The notes: a model not told the origin generated them from the sequence alone. Positions 27,534-38,660 are shown, counted from the stretch's first letter. The stretch is 64,000 bases of DNA from Ignavibacteria bacterium (GCA_039933555.1 JBDTNV010000001.1:9819-73818), one strand, 5' to 3'. A program made the numbers and translations.

Positions 27534-29381
27534 ATGCAGAAAAATCAAATTAAAAACTCTTCCGTCAGAGAAATTCCGCTGAGAGACTTTTTCCGGAATC
27601 CAGAGAAAACATCATACCACGTATCGCCAAACGGAAAATATATTTCATACCTTGCTCCTTTTAATGACAGGCTGAATATCTTCATACAGGAGCTGGGTAC
27701 AGAAAATTCAATTAGAATTACAGGTGTAGCCGAGAGGGATATTTCCAGTTACATATGGGGCAATGATAACACAATATTGTTTGCAAGAGATAATGCGGGC
27801 GATGAGAATTTTCATTTGTTTTCAGTGGATACCAAAGGCAATAATCTGAAAGACCTTACACCATTTGAAAATGTCAGGGTTAACCTGATAGATGAGCTTG
27901 AAGACTCAAAGACCGATATTCTTATAGAAATGAATAAAAGGAACCCGGAGCTCTTTGATGTTTACAGGCTTAATTTTGAAACGGGTGAAATGAGTATTGC
28001 TGCGGAAAATCCGGGGAATGTTTCCGCATGGGTTACTGACCATGATGGTAAAATAAGGATTGCAGCTACGACAGATGGCGTTAATACTGGAATAATGTAC
28101 AGAGATAGTGAAGAAGATCCTTTTAAAACTGTACTTAAAACAAATTTCAAAGAAAATTTAACTCCGTTACTCTTTACTTTTGATAATAAGTACATATACG
28201 CATCATCAAATCTTGGCAGAGATAAAAGCGCCATTGTGAAATATGATATTAAAAACGCAGTTGAGCTTGAATTACTATACGAGCATCCCGAAGCAGATGT
28301 AACCATTCTCGGTCATTCTAAAAAAAGAAAAGTATTAACCTCGATCAGCTATACAATTTGGAAGCGGGAGAGAATTTTCCTGGATGAGGAAATAAAAAGG
28401 ATTTTCATGAAGCTTGAAAAAGAGCTTGAAGGATATGAAATAGTAATTACCGATATTGATGACGAGGAAAATGTTTATATGGTAAGAACGTATAGTGACC
28501 GCTCAATGGGCGCAAATTATATTTATGATAAAAGAACTGATGCTGTTACCAAGATATCCGATGTGAGCCCCTGGATCAATGAGTCAGAAATGGCTGAAAT
28601 GAAACTTATATCATATAAAAGCAGGGATGGCTTGAATATACGCGGATACCTTACACTCCCTTTGGGAGCCGAGCATAAAAACCTCCCGGTTGTGATAAAT
28701 CCTCACGGTGGTCCCTGGGCAAGAGACAGCTGGGGTTATAACCCGGAAATACAATTTTTGGTAAACCGCGGTTATGCAGTTTTGCAAATGAATTTCAGAG
28801 GCTCAGTCGGGTTTGGCAGGAAATTCTGGGAATCATCTTTTAAAGAGTGGGGCAGAACCATGCAGGATGATATTACTGACGGCGTGAACTGGCTAATACA
28901 TGAAGGGATTGCGGACCCTAAACGTATAGCCATTTATGGAGGTAGCTATGGCGGTTACGCTACGCTTGCAGGATTAACTTTCACTCCTGATCTATACGCA
29001 GCCGGCGTTGATTATGTTGGTGTATCAAACCTCTTCACATTTATGAAATCAATTCCGCCATACTGGAAACCATACCTTGAAATGCTTTATGAAATGGTGG
29101 GGAACCCGGAGAATGACCATAAGCTGCTGCAAGATGCATCACCTGTGTTTCATGTTGATAAAATAAAAGCGCCGCTTTTTGTTGCGCAGGGAAGAATGGA
29201 TCCAAGAGTGAATATAAACGAATCTGACCAGATGGTAGAGGCATTGAAGAAAAGAGGCATTGAAGTCCCGTACATGGTAAAGGATAATGAAGGTCACGGC
29301 TTCCAGAACCAGGAAAACAGGTTCGATTTTTATGAGGCCATGGAAAAATTCCTTGCAAAACATTTGCTTGGTGAAAAATAG
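27534..29381 (+). CDS. S9-family serine peptidase (prolyl oligopeptidase/dipeptidyl aminopeptidase-like)
   Basis: N-terminal propeller-like half and a C-terminal alpha/beta hydrolase with GGSYGGY nucleophile elbow, later D and NEGHGF. Confidence 0.85.
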   Translation: MQKNQIKNSSVREIPLRDFFRNPEKTSYHVSPNGKYISYLAPFNDRLNIFIQELGTENSIRITGVAERDISSYIWGNDNTILFARDNAGDENFHLFSVDTKGNNLKDLTPFENVRVNLIDELEDSKTDILIEMNKRNPELFDVYRLNFETGEMSIAAENPGNVSAWVTDHDGKIRIAATTDGVNTGIMYRDSEEDPFKTVLKTNFKENLTPLLFTFDNKYIYASSNLGRDKSAIVKYDIKNAVELELLYEHPEADVTILGHSKKRKVLTSISYTIWKRERIFLDEEIKRIFMKLEKELEGYEIVITDIDDEENVYMVRTYSDRSMGANYIYDKRTDAVTKISDVSPWINESEMAEMKLISYKSRDGLNIRGYLTLPLGAEHKNLPVVINPHGGPWARDSWGYNPEIQFLVNRGYAVLQMNFRGSVGFGRKFWESSFKEWGRTMQDDITDGVNWLIHEGIADPKRIAIYGGSYGGYATLAGLTFTPDLYAAGVDYVGVSNLFTFMKSIPPYWKPYLEMLYEMVGNPENDHKLLQDASPVFHVDKIKAPLFVAQGRMDPRVNINESDQMVEALKKRGIEVPYMVKDNEGHGFQNQENRFDFYEAMEKFLAKHLLGEK

Positions 29382-29410
29382 TTTTATTGAATTTTTACCG
29401 GAATTCATAA

Positions 29411-30265
29411 ATGCACCAGATCTATGTTACATCTCTAATTACATCAATTGCCGCGGTTCTTCTGATCGGAGGGTTTATCAAATGGCGTTCAAAGAAAGAA
29501 GATAAAAACCTGCTGTTATTTTTATTCCTCATCGAGCTGCCCATGGCATTCATAGCATTTTATCTCCTCAGGATTCCGCTTGTTGATGGTTTCTTCAAAA
29601 TGGTACTTGGTTCACACGAAAATATATATGGTTTTATCAAGAATTTTTACGCGCCTTTAACAGAAGAACCCGCAAAACTATTCCCGTTAATATTCCCTTT
29701 CTTCCGGAAAAGAATAAATAAAGATAACTTCGTTATGGCGGCCATGGCCATAGGGCTGGGTTTTGGTATTGGCGAAATATGGCTTGTTGGAAATTTTATA
29801 GCGGCAAGCGGGAAGTTTGCAGATATGCCGTGGTACTATTTCAGCGGTTTTCTAAATGAAAGGTTTATGGTCTGTATAATCCATGGCGCAATGACATCAC
29901 TCGCTCTGAGGAAACTTGGGAATAAATTCATTTTTGGGATACTTACTGCAATGTTAATGCATTTTGCCGGTAACTTTCCAATATATCTTTCTGTAATAAA
30001 TTTTGGTAATTTAGGAAAAGAAGCCTGGCAGATCATACTTCAGATATGGGTGCTTGGATTCTTTTTTGCAGCCATATTCATTCTCGTAAAAGGATACCTT
30101 GGAACATTTAAGATAGCCCAGTTCTTTTACGGCAAATCAACCTGTCCTGAGTGCGGCAGCGTCTATCCGCCCAGATTGCTTGCTATGAACTGGTTCAACC
30201 AAAGGTACGAAAGATGCCCGCAGTGTAAAAAATGGCATTGGATTAAGGTCTGGAAGAAAGAGTAA
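29411..30265 (+). CDS. PrsW/CPBP-like intramembrane protease-like protein with C-terminal zinc ribbon
   Basis: Polytopic protein with TEEPAKL (EExxK), IHGAMTS and MHFAGN motifs. The cytosolic tail carries CPECG..17 aa..CPQC. Confidence 0.5.
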   Translation: MHQIYVTSLITSIAAVLLIGGFIKWRSKKEDKNLLLFLFLIELPMAFIAFYLLRIPLVDGFFKMVLGSHENIYGFIKNFYAPLTEEPAKLFPLIFPFFRKRINKDNFVMAAMAIGLGFGIGEIWLVGNFIAASGKFADMPWYYFSGFLNERFMVCIIHGAMTSLALRKLGNKFIFGILTAMLMHFAGNFPIYLSVINFGNLGKEAWQIILQIWVLGFFFAAIFILVKGYLGTFKIAQFFYGKSTCPECGSVYPPRLLAMNWFNQRYERCPQCKKWHWIKVWKKE

Positions 30266-30391
30266 TCTTGACAAATTATTATGATTAACAGGAAGGTCAC
30301 AAAGTGCTCTTTTAAATGCCTGTGCTACTGATTATATAAATTATTTATTCCTGTTTCTAAGAAAGCGTTTTCTATATCTTTACAGATCAAT

Positions 30392-33300
30392 ATGAATAAT
30401 TTCCTCATTTACAGGTCTTCAGCTGGTTCTGGCAAAACCTATACCCTGGTTAAGGAATACCTTAAGCTTGTACTTAATGACCCGGATTCATTTAAGAATG
30501 TTCTTGCGGTTACTTTTACAAATAAATCATCTTCAGAAATGAAGTCGCGTATTATTGAAGCCCTCGTAAAGCTTTCAAAGCGCGAAGCTGATGACCTGAA
30601 GCAAAGACTTGTAACCGAAGGCGTTAAAGGAAATATTGAGTCCTCATCCGCAATTGTTTTGAAAAACATTCTTCATAAATACTCTTACTTTTCGGTTTCC
30701 ACAATAGATAGTTTTTTCCATAAAGTAATACGCTCATTTGCAAGGGAGCTTAAGCTTCAGCTTGGTTACAATATTGAGCTTGACCAGCAGTCAGTACTCG
30801 ATAAAATAACCGATAAGCTATTGGATGACGCGGGCATTGATGCAGATTTAACAGGATTTTTAGAGGATTATATCTATTACAGCATTGACGATGAAAAAGG
30901 CTGGAAGATAGACCTTAAAATTAAGGAACTTGCTAAGGAAATCTTTTCAGAAAGGTATATGATAAAGGCAGGTTTGGGTAGTGACCTGCCTGAAGGCAAA
31001 ACGAAATTAAAAGAATTTATCGGGATTCTTTTTGCCATTAAGAATGATTTTGAAGGAAGGATGAAACAGATTGCTGAGGAAACGTCTAAAATTCTCGATC
31101 TATACAGTTTGATGATTGATGATTTCCCGCATAAGAAAGGTGGATATATTGGTTTTTTGTTATTCAAAATTGTTAAATGTGATTTTGAGAATGTTTCCCG
31201 CGCTACATCAGCCGCTGCAGATATAACGAAAATGTATTCTAAAAACTCAAAGCCCGCAGTTAAAGCTGCTTCCGAGAGTGGGTTACACAGGTTGCTGAAT
31301 GAAGCATTTGAAAATTACAACAAGAACTTCATAAAATATAATACAGCAGTCCAGCTGATAAAAACGATTTATATTACAGGAATTTTTAAAGACCTTACAG
31401 GCAAGCTGAAGAAATACAGGGATGATAATAATGTATTGCTGATATCAGATATTAATAACCTTCTTTTGAACGTAATTTCTGGTGATTCAAGTCCGTTTGT
31501 TTATGAAAAAATAGGCAGTTTTTACAAAAATTTCCTTATAGATGAATTCCAGGATACATCAACATTCCAGTGGCGGAATTTCTTCCCGCTGATAGAAAAC
31601 TCGCTGAGTGAGAACAATGCATCATTAATAGTAGGTGATGTAAAGCAATCAATTTACCGCTGGCGCAACGGTAATATGAAATTACTGCTTGAAGAAGTAA
31701 AAAATGACCTTGCAGGTTTTAATGAGGCAATTAAAGAAGAAAACCTGAACGTAAATTACAGGAGTAAAAAACGAATTGTTGAATTTAATAACTCATTCTT
31801 TAAATCAGCCTCGCTATTTTGCTCAGAAAACGCTCCGGAAGCCACCAGGGAAGTTATAACTAAAGCATATGAAGATACAGTCCAGGTACCTGCGGATAGT
31901 TCAGATGAAGGTTATATAAGTGTAAAGTTCTACAGGAATGACCCAGAAACTAACATAAAATCCAGGGAATTTACAATTGCTGATATGATATCCGGAATTA
32001 AAGCCCAGCTTAATATAGGGTACAGGCAGAAGGATATTATGGTTTTGGTAAGAGGGAATGCTGATGCGGCAGAAGCTGCACACGCATTAATAGATGCCCG
32101 GTTAAGAGTGGTTTCAAGTGATTCACTGTTACTGACCAATTCACCGAAAGTAAGGTTGCTTATCAACATATTCAAATTTATAGTTGATAAAACCAATGTT
32201 ATTGCAAGAGCCGAAATACTCTATAACTATCTTATATATACAAAGAATTTAGATACCGGCCTGAACGAGATATTTACGGATCACTTTAAAAAAGACAAAA
32301 ATAGTAAATCACTCTTTTTAGGATCAATGCCACAGGGATTTTTTGAGAAAGACAAGAATGAAGAGATAAGTAATAATTTATCCGGACTTGGTTTATACGA
32401 CCTGGCCGAAGAACTAATTATGATTTTCGGACTTGGTGATACTGCTGATACTTACCTTATCAGGTTCCTTGATGTGCTTAAGAAATACACTAGCGAAAAT
32501 AACAGCGATGTTTACGGATTTGTAAAATGGTGGGAAGAAAATAAATCGGATAATACTATTATAGTGCCGGCTGAAGAAGATGCGGTGAAGGTTATGACGA
32601 TACATAAAGCAAAGGGCCTCCAGGCACCCGTGGTATTTATTCCCTTTGCGAACTGGGAGTTTAACCTGAACGCAAACAGGAATCTGATATGGGTATCTTC
32701 AGATAAGGCGCCATTTAATTCATCACCGGCGTATTTTGTAAAAGCTTCACCCAAGCTGGAAAATTCATTTTTTGCTGAGAGCTACAACGAAGAGCAAACA
32801 CTCACAAATATTGATAACCTGAACCTGATGTATGTTGCATTCACCCGGGCTGAGGAAAAACTATTCATTGGTGTTCCTCATAAAGTAAATGAATCATACA
32901 ATGCGGGAAAAATAATTTACCAGGCGCTGGCAAATACACCAGAATTAACAGAAAAATTTGATACTCAAAACTACCTGTATGAAAGCGGTTCATTAAATGA
33001 GCAGTTTAAAAAATCTGATAAGGATAAAGAGTATAAGAGCTATAAAGCAGGTGAAATGGTTTCGGGTAATATCTTTGAAAAAATAATTGTTAAGCCTGAA
33101 TTCGAAAATTACATCCCCGAAAATAAAACTGACCTTAGGCAATTAAAGAACCGTGGAATAATTATTCATAAAGCGTTATCACTAATAAATAATTCAGCAG
33201 AAGAAGAAATTGAAAAGGCAGCAGGTAAATTAGTAATACTGGGACTTATTCCGGATGAGCAAAAAGCTGAGTTAATTGTAGAGTTAAAGGGAATACTATC

Positions 33301-33595
33301 AAATGAAAAGGTGCGGGGTTGGTTTGATTCGGAAAATGCAATGAATGAAAGAGATATTGTTATCCCTTTTGAAAGTATGTTTGAAAAAAACAAATATATC
33401 TATAGGCCAGATAAAGTGATCTTAGATGGTGATAAAGCAATGATAATTGACTATAAAACAGGCGGAATTCAAGAAAAACATAAAATTCAGATACGAAATT
33501 ATGGAGGTATACTTGACAAAATGGGATATAAAGTAAAGATGAATTTATTATATATAAGAGAAAAAATAGAGTTGCATATTGAGGAAGTATTTTAA
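30392..33595 (+). CDS. AddA/RexA-type UvrD-family helicase with C-terminal PD-(D/E)XK nuclease
   Basis: Walker A (SAGSGKTYTL), motif II (IDEFQDTS), VKQSIYRWR, TIHKAKGL, and a C-terminal nuclease signature (RPDKVIL..MIIDYKTG). Confidence 0.82.
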   Translation: MNNFLIYRSSAGSGKTYTLVKEYLKLVLNDPDSFKNVLAVTFTNKSSSEMKSRIIEALVKLSKREADDLKQRLVTEGVKGNIESSSAIVLKNILHKYSYFSVSTIDSFFHKVIRSFARELKLQLGYNIELDQQSVLDKITDKLLDDAGIDADLTGFLEDYIYYSIDDEKGWKIDLKIKELAKEIFSERYMIKAGLGSDLPEGKTKLKEFIGILFAIKNDFEGRMKQIAEETSKILDLYSLMIDDFPHKKGGYIGFLLFKIVKCDFENVSRATSAAADITKMYSKNSKPAVKAASESGLHRLLNEAFENYNKNFIKYNTAVQLIKTIYITGIFKDLTGKLKKYRDDNNVLLISDINNLLLNVISGDSSPFVYEKIGSFYKNFLIDEFQDTSTFQWRNFFPLIENSLSENNASLIVGDVKQSIYRWRNGNMKLLLEEVKNDLAGFNEAIKEENLNVNYRSKKRIVEFNNSFFKSASLFCSENAPEATREVITKAYEDTVQVPADSSDEGYISVKFYRNDPETNIKSREFTIADMISGIKAQLNIGYRQKDIMVLVRGNADAAEAAHALIDARLRVVSSDSLLLTNSPKVRLLINIFKFIVDKTNVIARAEILYNYLIYTKNLDTGLNEIFTDHFKKDKNSKSLFLGSMPQGFFEKDKNEEISNNLSGLGLYDLAEELIMIFGLGDTADTYLIRFLDVLKKYTSENNSDVYGFVKWWEENKSDNTIIVPAEEDAVKVMTIHKAKGLQAPVVFIPFANWEFNLNANRNLIWVSSDKAPFNSSPAYFVKASPKLENSFFAESYNEEQTLTNIDNLNLMYVAFTRAEEKLFIGVPHKVNESYNAGKIIYQALANTPELTEKFDTQNYLYESGSLNEQFKKSDKDKEYKSYKAGEMVSGNIFEKIIVKPEFENYIPENKTDLRQLKNRGIIIHKALSLINNSAEEEIEKAAGKLVILGLIPDEQKAELIVELKGILSNEKVRGWFDSENAMNERDIVIPFESMFEKNKYIYRPDKVILDGDKAMIIDYKTGGIQEKHKIQIRNYGGILDKMGYKVKMNLLYIREKIELHIEEVF

Positions 33596-33599
33596 TAAG

Positions 33600-36458
33600 A
33601 TGAAAGTAACTAATGCCCCAGTGCCTTTTTTAAAAAAATTAGTTGAAGAGCTTTACTCGAAATATGGAAAAGATATTTCAGCGCTTGAAATAGTCTTTCC
33701 TTCACGAAGGGCAGGGTTATACTTCAAAAAATATCTTTCTGAAAGGATAGATGTTCCGGTATTTTCTCCTGTTACATGCGGAATAAGCGAATTTATCAAA
33801 GAAAATTCCGATAGTTTAATTGCTGATGAGCTCTCCCTGATTTTTGAACTGTATGAAGTATACAGGGAGCATGCCCCCGAAGTTACCTTTGATAAATTCT
33901 ATCCATGGGGAGAGATCATAATCCGTGATTTCGATGAGATAGATAAGAATCTCGCAGAAGCTGATTATTTATTCCGGATACTTAAAGAGCATAAAAAAAT
34001 TGAAGAGGATTTTGAGATCAATATTTCTGATATTGATGAATTTTACAGATTCTGGGATAGTTTTTCTAATAAGGATATTACAAACCTTCAGGATGAATTC
34101 ATTAAAACATGGGAGATACTGGGTAAGGTCTATCATAAATTCCACAGTGCCCTCACAACAAAGAAGATCTGTTATGAAGGGATGGCTTACAGGAAGCTTT
34201 ATGAAGCGGTAAAAACGAAAACTTTTAAAACCGGTTACAAAAAAATCATATTTGCAGGGTTCAACCAGTTAAATAAGTGCGAAGAAGGAATTATTAAAGG
34301 TTTATTATCACAGGGACTTGCTGATACTTATTGGGATGCGGATAAATATTACATTGATGATAAACTGCAGGAAGCAGGAAAATTCCTGCGGGAAAACTTT
34401 GTGAACCTTGGAATAAATGAGCCTGAATGGATAGAAAGCTCTCTTGCAGAATCAAAAATTGATATTAAAATAATCGGGGCACCGCTTGAGGTTTCGCAGG
34501 CTAAAGTGTTAGGAAGTGAGCTCAGGAAGCTCAATCAAACGGGTTCAGAGAAAACTGCAATTATACTTCCGGATGACAGCCTCCTTATGCCTGTATTGCG
34601 CTCAATTCCGGAGAATATCAAAGCCATTAATATCACAATGGGTTATTCATTCAAAAATTCCCTGCTTTACAGCCTGATAGAAGCGCTTAAGGACTTAAAC
34701 TTAAACAGCAGGGGTAACGGCAAGTCAAAGGAATTTTATCATAAAGATATAATTGCTGTCCTTCTGCATCCATATATCCGAGAAGCTGCCCCTAAGATCA
34801 TTAACGATGCTGTTAATGCAATCAATAAAAGGAATATTATTTATGCATCTTCAAAGTATTTAAAAAATATTTTAAGTGAGTCTGTAGAAATTATTGATAT
34901 AATTTTCATTTCACCGGAAGCTGCAAGTGAATCATATGATTACTTAAGGAAAGTAACAGTAAAGCTGTTTGATATTATTTCAAAAAGCAGGCATTCAAGC
35001 ATTTACGAAAATGAATTTATCAGTAAGACCTTTACAGAGCTCAACAGAATAAAAGGAATACTTGATAATTTCTCTACTGTAATTGAAAACGAAACATTCT
35101 GGAACATTCTTATCGAAAGCATATCACGTATGAAGATACCATTTTCCGGTGAGCCGCTCGAAGGAATACAGATAATGGGAATGCTTGAAACTAGGTCGCT
35201 TGATTTTGATAATGTAATTATTCTATCGGTAAATGAAGGTATTTTGCCCAGAGAAATGGGTATAAGCTCCTTTATTCCGTATACCCTGAAGAAAGCTTTC
35301 AAACTGCCTGTGAGCGAGGATACAGAAGCTGATTACGCATATTATTTCTACAGGCTGCTGCAAAAAGCGAAAAATGTAACACTGATATACAATACTGAAA
35401 CAGGTATTATCTCCGCGGGTGAAAAGAGCCGCTTCATTATGCAGGTGGAAAGTGAGCTTGCTGCTGCAAATAAAAATATCAAGGTTGAAAGCCTTTTGCT
35501 CTCAGGTGATATTGAGCTTCCAAAGAGAAAAGAAATAACAATCGGGAAAACTAAAGAGGTTTTAGAGCTTTTAAAGAGTCAGAAACAGTACTCTGCAACT
35601 ACACTAAGCTCATATATAAACTGTCCATTACAATTTTACTTTAAAAAAGTTGCGAAGCTGAAGGAAGAGGAAGAAGTAGAAGAGTATTTCTCAGCGGCTG
35701 CATTTGGCAATATTTTCCACCAGCTTATGGATATTTTGTACAGAAATGAAGTGAGCAAGGATGTTTCCGCGGGAATGCTTAATAGAATCATTGTAAACCT
35801 TAACAGCAATTATGATGAATTGTGGAGGCAGGCATGTGAGGAGCTGAAAGAATACAAAGAGTTTGCCAAAATTAAGCAGGGAAAAAACCTTCTGTATAAG
35901 AGTGTTATCAAAAAACTGATAAATAAGGTATTGGAAAGTGACATTACTCAAACACCTTTTAAGATTCTTGCCCTTGAAAAGAATGCAGAAAGAAAAGTGA
36001 GAGTTGAAGTTGAAGGTGAAACTATCGAGGTTACATTATACGGCAGGCTTGACAGGATCGAGTTAAAGGACGGTATAACGAGAATAATTGATTATAAAAC
36101 AGGAACAGTAGATAACGCTAAGCAATCTTCTAAAACGGGTGATAATGAGCATATTGAGAGAATATTTAGTGATATTAAGCTGAAAGAAAATTTTCAGCAG
36201 CTGTTTTATGCTTCATTATACCTTAATTCAAACAAGAATTCAAAGCTCATTGTAGGCATTTATCCGCTTAAGAAAATATCAGGCGGTGTTACATGGTTTG
36301 AAAAAGAGCCTATTACTCCGGAAAAAAGGATACTATTCGAAGAGAATTTAAATGTACTGCTTAAGAAAATATTTGATAAACAAACTCCGTTTGCTCAAAC
36401 AACGGATATTGAACACTGTAAATACTGCCCCTATAAATCCATCTGTTACAGAGATTAA
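33600..36458 (+). CDS. AddB/RexB-type PD-(D/E)XK nuclease subunit with C-terminal Cys cluster
   Basis: C-terminal GRLDRIE..RIIDYKTGT nuclease motif. Four Cys (NCPLQFYF .. CKYCPYKSIC) arranged like the AddB Fe-S cluster. ATG at 33600 is preferred over the listed 33579 start. Immediately follows the AddA-like gene. Confidence 0.78.
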   Translation: MKVTNAPVPFLKKLVEELYSKYGKDISALEIVFPSRRAGLYFKKYLSERIDVPVFSPVTCGISEFIKENSDSLIADELSLIFELYEVYREHAPEVTFDKFYPWGEIIIRDFDEIDKNLAEADYLFRILKEHKKIEEDFEINISDIDEFYRFWDSFSNKDITNLQDEFIKTWEILGKVYHKFHSALTTKKICYEGMAYRKLYEAVKTKTFKTGYKKIIFAGFNQLNKCEEGIIKGLLSQGLADTYWDADKYYIDDKLQEAGKFLRENFVNLGINEPEWIESSLAESKIDIKIIGAPLEVSQAKVLGSELRKLNQTGSEKTAIILPDDSLLMPVLRSIPENIKAINITMGYSFKNSLLYSLIEALKDLNLNSRGNGKSKEFYHKDIIAVLLHPYIREAAPKIINDAVNAINKRNIIYASSKYLKNILSESVEIIDIIFISPEAASESYDYLRKVTVKLFDIISKSRHSSIYENEFISKTFTELNRIKGILDNFSTVIENETFWNILIESISRMKIPFSGEPLEGIQIMGMLETRSLDFDNVIILSVNEGILPREMGISSFIPYTLKKAFKLPVSEDTEADYAYYFYRLLQKAKNVTLIYNTETGIISAGEKSRFIMQVESELAAANKNIKVESLLLSGDIELPKRKEITIGKTKEVLELLKSQKQYSATTLSSYINCPLQFYFKKVAKLKEEEEVEEYFSAAAFGNIFHQLMDILYRNEVSKDVSAGMLNRIIVNLNSNYDELWRQACEELKEYKEFAKIKQGKNLLYKSVIKKLINKVLESDITQTPFKILALEKNAERKVRVEVEGETIEVTLYGRLDRIELKDGITRIIDYKTGTVDNAKQSSKTGDNEHIERIFSDIKLKENFQQLFYASLYLNSNKNSKLIVGIYPLKKISGGVTWFEKEPITPEKRILFEENLNVLLKKIFDKQTPFAQTTDIEHCKYCPYKSICYRD

Positions 36459-36570
36459 CGCTGTTACATATGTAAATGATTGTAAAAGCGAGCATTTGGC
36501 TTAAACTTTTTCGCAGTTTTATTTGTCTTAATATACAGGAGGCAGATAACTAACATTTTTATTAATTTAA

Positions 36571-37041
36571 ATGGACCAAATGAATAAAACGAAAAACTTA
36601 AGCAGCAATTTCAAAACCTTAAGCCTCTTTGTACTTCTTGTGGCAGTACTATTTTCTGCGGGCAATGTATACAGCCAGCAGGATAATAAGGGCGAAAAGA
36701 AACAAATGAAAACTCCCGAAGAGCGCGCTCAGAAAAGAGCGGATAAGATGAAGGAGAAACTTTCATTGACAGAAGACCAGCACAAACAGGTTTATGATAT
36801 CCTGCTTTACCAGTCAAACCAGATGAAATCAATTTGGGAATCAACGAAAGACGACAAGGATAAATCCGCAAGGAAAGAGAAAATGAAAGCATTGAGAGAG
36901 TCAGCCAATACACAGATAAATTCAGTGCTTAATACCACCCAGCAGCAATTATGGGAAACTCACAAGAAGGAAATGAAGGAAAAGCATAAAGGCAAAAAGC
37001 ATGATGGAAAGAAACATAAGAAGGATAAAGAATTGAAGTAG
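36571..37041 (+). CDS. Periplasmic Spy/CpxP-like (LTxxQ motif) lysine-rich protein
   Basis: Signal peptide and two LTxxQ-like motifs (LSLTEDQHKQV, LNTTQQQLW) in a helical, highly charged protein. Confidence 0.5.
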   Translation: MDQMNKTKNLSSNFKTLSLFVLLVAVLFSAGNVYSQQDNKGEKKQMKTPEERAQKRADKMKEKLSLTEDQHKQVYDILLYQSNQMKSIWESTKDDKDKSARKEKMKALRESANTQINSVLNTTQQQLWETHKKEMKEKHKGKKHDGKKHKKDKELK

Positions 37042-37067
37042 TTCTGTAAGATAAAGTATTTATTGGG

Positions 37068-37141
37068 AGCGAAGCAATATCATTAAGTTATGAGATTAAT
37101 GAACATCAAAAATTGATGTAATATTGCTTCGCTTCTTTTTT
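37068..37141 (+). terminator. Long-stem terminator
   Basis: 13-bp stem AGCGAAGCAATAT / ATATTGCTTCGCT encloses a smaller hairpin (CATCAA-aaa-TTGATG) and is followed by TCTTTTTT. Confidence 0.6.
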
Positions 37142-37222
37142 ACTTATAATGCGGCCTGCTTCGCTTCTTCCTCCGCTTTCACGGAATAAGACAAGGCGAC
37201 TACAGAAACGAAATCAAAATAG

Positions 37223-38485
37223 TTATGTTTTTAATTTTTTCTTTTTAGCTGCGGGGAAAAGTACATTGTTTAATATAAGCCTGTACCCGGGTGAATTTTT
37301 GTAGAGTGAAAGATCTGTTTTCGGGTCACCAACAGCATGCTGGTAATCTTCCGGATCATGTCCGCCGTAAAGAGTAAAAGTGCCTCTTCCGTAATTTCCG
37401 TGAACATATTTAACCCAGTTAGTGCCGTCATTCTTTGCAAGGATGGTCATGTTCGGTTTTATGAATTCTTCCTTAAAGCCTGATTCCTGACCCAGGAAAC
37501 CTTTTATTGCCGCGGTATGGTCCTGTATCAGCATTGTTGGAACCGGGTCTATCTTAGCGGAAAAATCAAACAGCGTAAAATAATCGTTGTATTGCCCCAT
37601 CATTAATTCTGAATCAGTAATATCGATATCGGAATATTCATATACATATGGATTCAGCTGTATCTGGAAATTCTGAAACACCATGCATTCGGTATAATCA
37701 AGTTTTTCATTTGCGGCCGGGTCATACGGGTCGCCGTCATACATCGCATCGCAAATATCAGTGTATTGTGAAGCAAGCGCTATATCGGGAGTTGTTGTGC
37801 CAGAGCACATTGTAAACATGAAGCCTCCGTTTGATACATATTCCTTCAGCTTCTTGACTACGGCAAGTTTAAGCTGCGATACTTTCGGGTATCCCATCTT
37901 CTTTGCCATATCTTCGTTTGTCTGCTTCTGAGTTAAATACCATGCAGAGGAACCAAAAGCTGCGAAGAATTTTCCATACTGCCCGGTAAAATCTTCGTGG
38001 TGCAGATGTATCCAGTCATAATCTTTCAGCTTGCCGTTTAGAACTTCTTCGTCCCAAATTTTATCATAAGGGATTTCGACATAATCCAGCGCCAGCTGAA
38101 CCGCATCATCCCATGGCAGTGAATTAGGGGGAACATATACCGCTATTTTTGCGACCTTTTCAAGCCTTACAACATCCATGTTGTTTTCTTCATTCTGCAC
38201 TTCAGCATAAACCTGTGCAGCCTGTGTGCCTGATAAAAGCTCATAGCTTACACCTTTTGCAGTACATTCAGCCGCAATTTCTGAGGTGTAATCGAACATA
38301 AATGCACCGCCGCGGTAATTCAGGAGCCAGTCAAGCTCCTTACCGCCGAGCAAATGCCTGTAAGCAATGCCGTATGCCCTTAAATGGTCTGTCTGTGAAT
38401 TTACATCCATAGGAATAAGCAGTTTTTGCTGGGCAAAGACTGAAGCCGATAAAACGAGCAGTATTATTGTTAGAAATTTCTTCAA
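37223..38485 (-). CDS. Secreted hypothetical protein
   Basis: Clear signal peptide (..SASVFAQQ); 420 aa; no catalytic motif I can name. Confidence 0.5.
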   Translation of the reverse strand: MKKFLTIILLVLSASVFAQQKLLIPMDVNSQTDHLRAYGIAYRHLLGGKELDWLLNYRGGAFMFDYTSEIAAECTAKGVSYELLSGTQAAQVYAEVQNEENNMDVVRLEKVAKIAVYVPPNSLPWDDAVQLALDYVEIPYDKIWDEEVLNGKLKDYDWIHLHHEDFTGQYGKFFAAFGSSAWYLTQKQTNEDMAKKMGYPKVSQLKLAVVKKLKEYVSNGGFMFTMCSGTTTPDIALASQYTDICDAMYDGDPYDPAANEKLDYTECMVFQNFQIQLNPYVYEYSDIDITDSELMMGQYNDYFTLFDFSAKIDPVPTMLIQDHTAAIKGFLGQESGFKEEFIKPNMTILAKNDGTNWVKYVHGNYGRGTFTLYGGHDPEDYQHAVGDPKTDLSLYKNSPGYRLILNNVLFPAAKKKKLKT

Positions 38486-38613
38486 TTAAGGCAAATTATA
38501 GTTATTTGTATTAGTAAACAATGTAACAAAATCGAGTTATAAATGAGTTATTCTACTATTTAAATGCCGAATGCATCATATTTGTTTCATAAAAAATGAG
38601 CAAATTTAGTGCA

Positions 38614-38637
38614 TAAAAAACCCCGACTTTATCGGGG
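38614..38637 (-). terminator. Rho-independent terminator after the DUF4097 gene
   Basis: Minus strand: CCCCGA-taaag-TCGGGG followed by T6. Confidence 0.75.
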
Positions 38638-38660
38638 TCAAATGAAAAAATAATGTGAAG

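Noticed and set aside
30392-36458. Helicase-nuclease pair considered as a possible anti-phage defence system
   Set aside because: The architecture is the standard AddAB/RexAB-type recombination-repair pair of this lineage: a UvrD-like helicase with C-terminal PD-(D/E)XK, then a second PD-(D/E)XK protein with an Fe-S-type Cys cluster. There are no accessory defence genes nearby.
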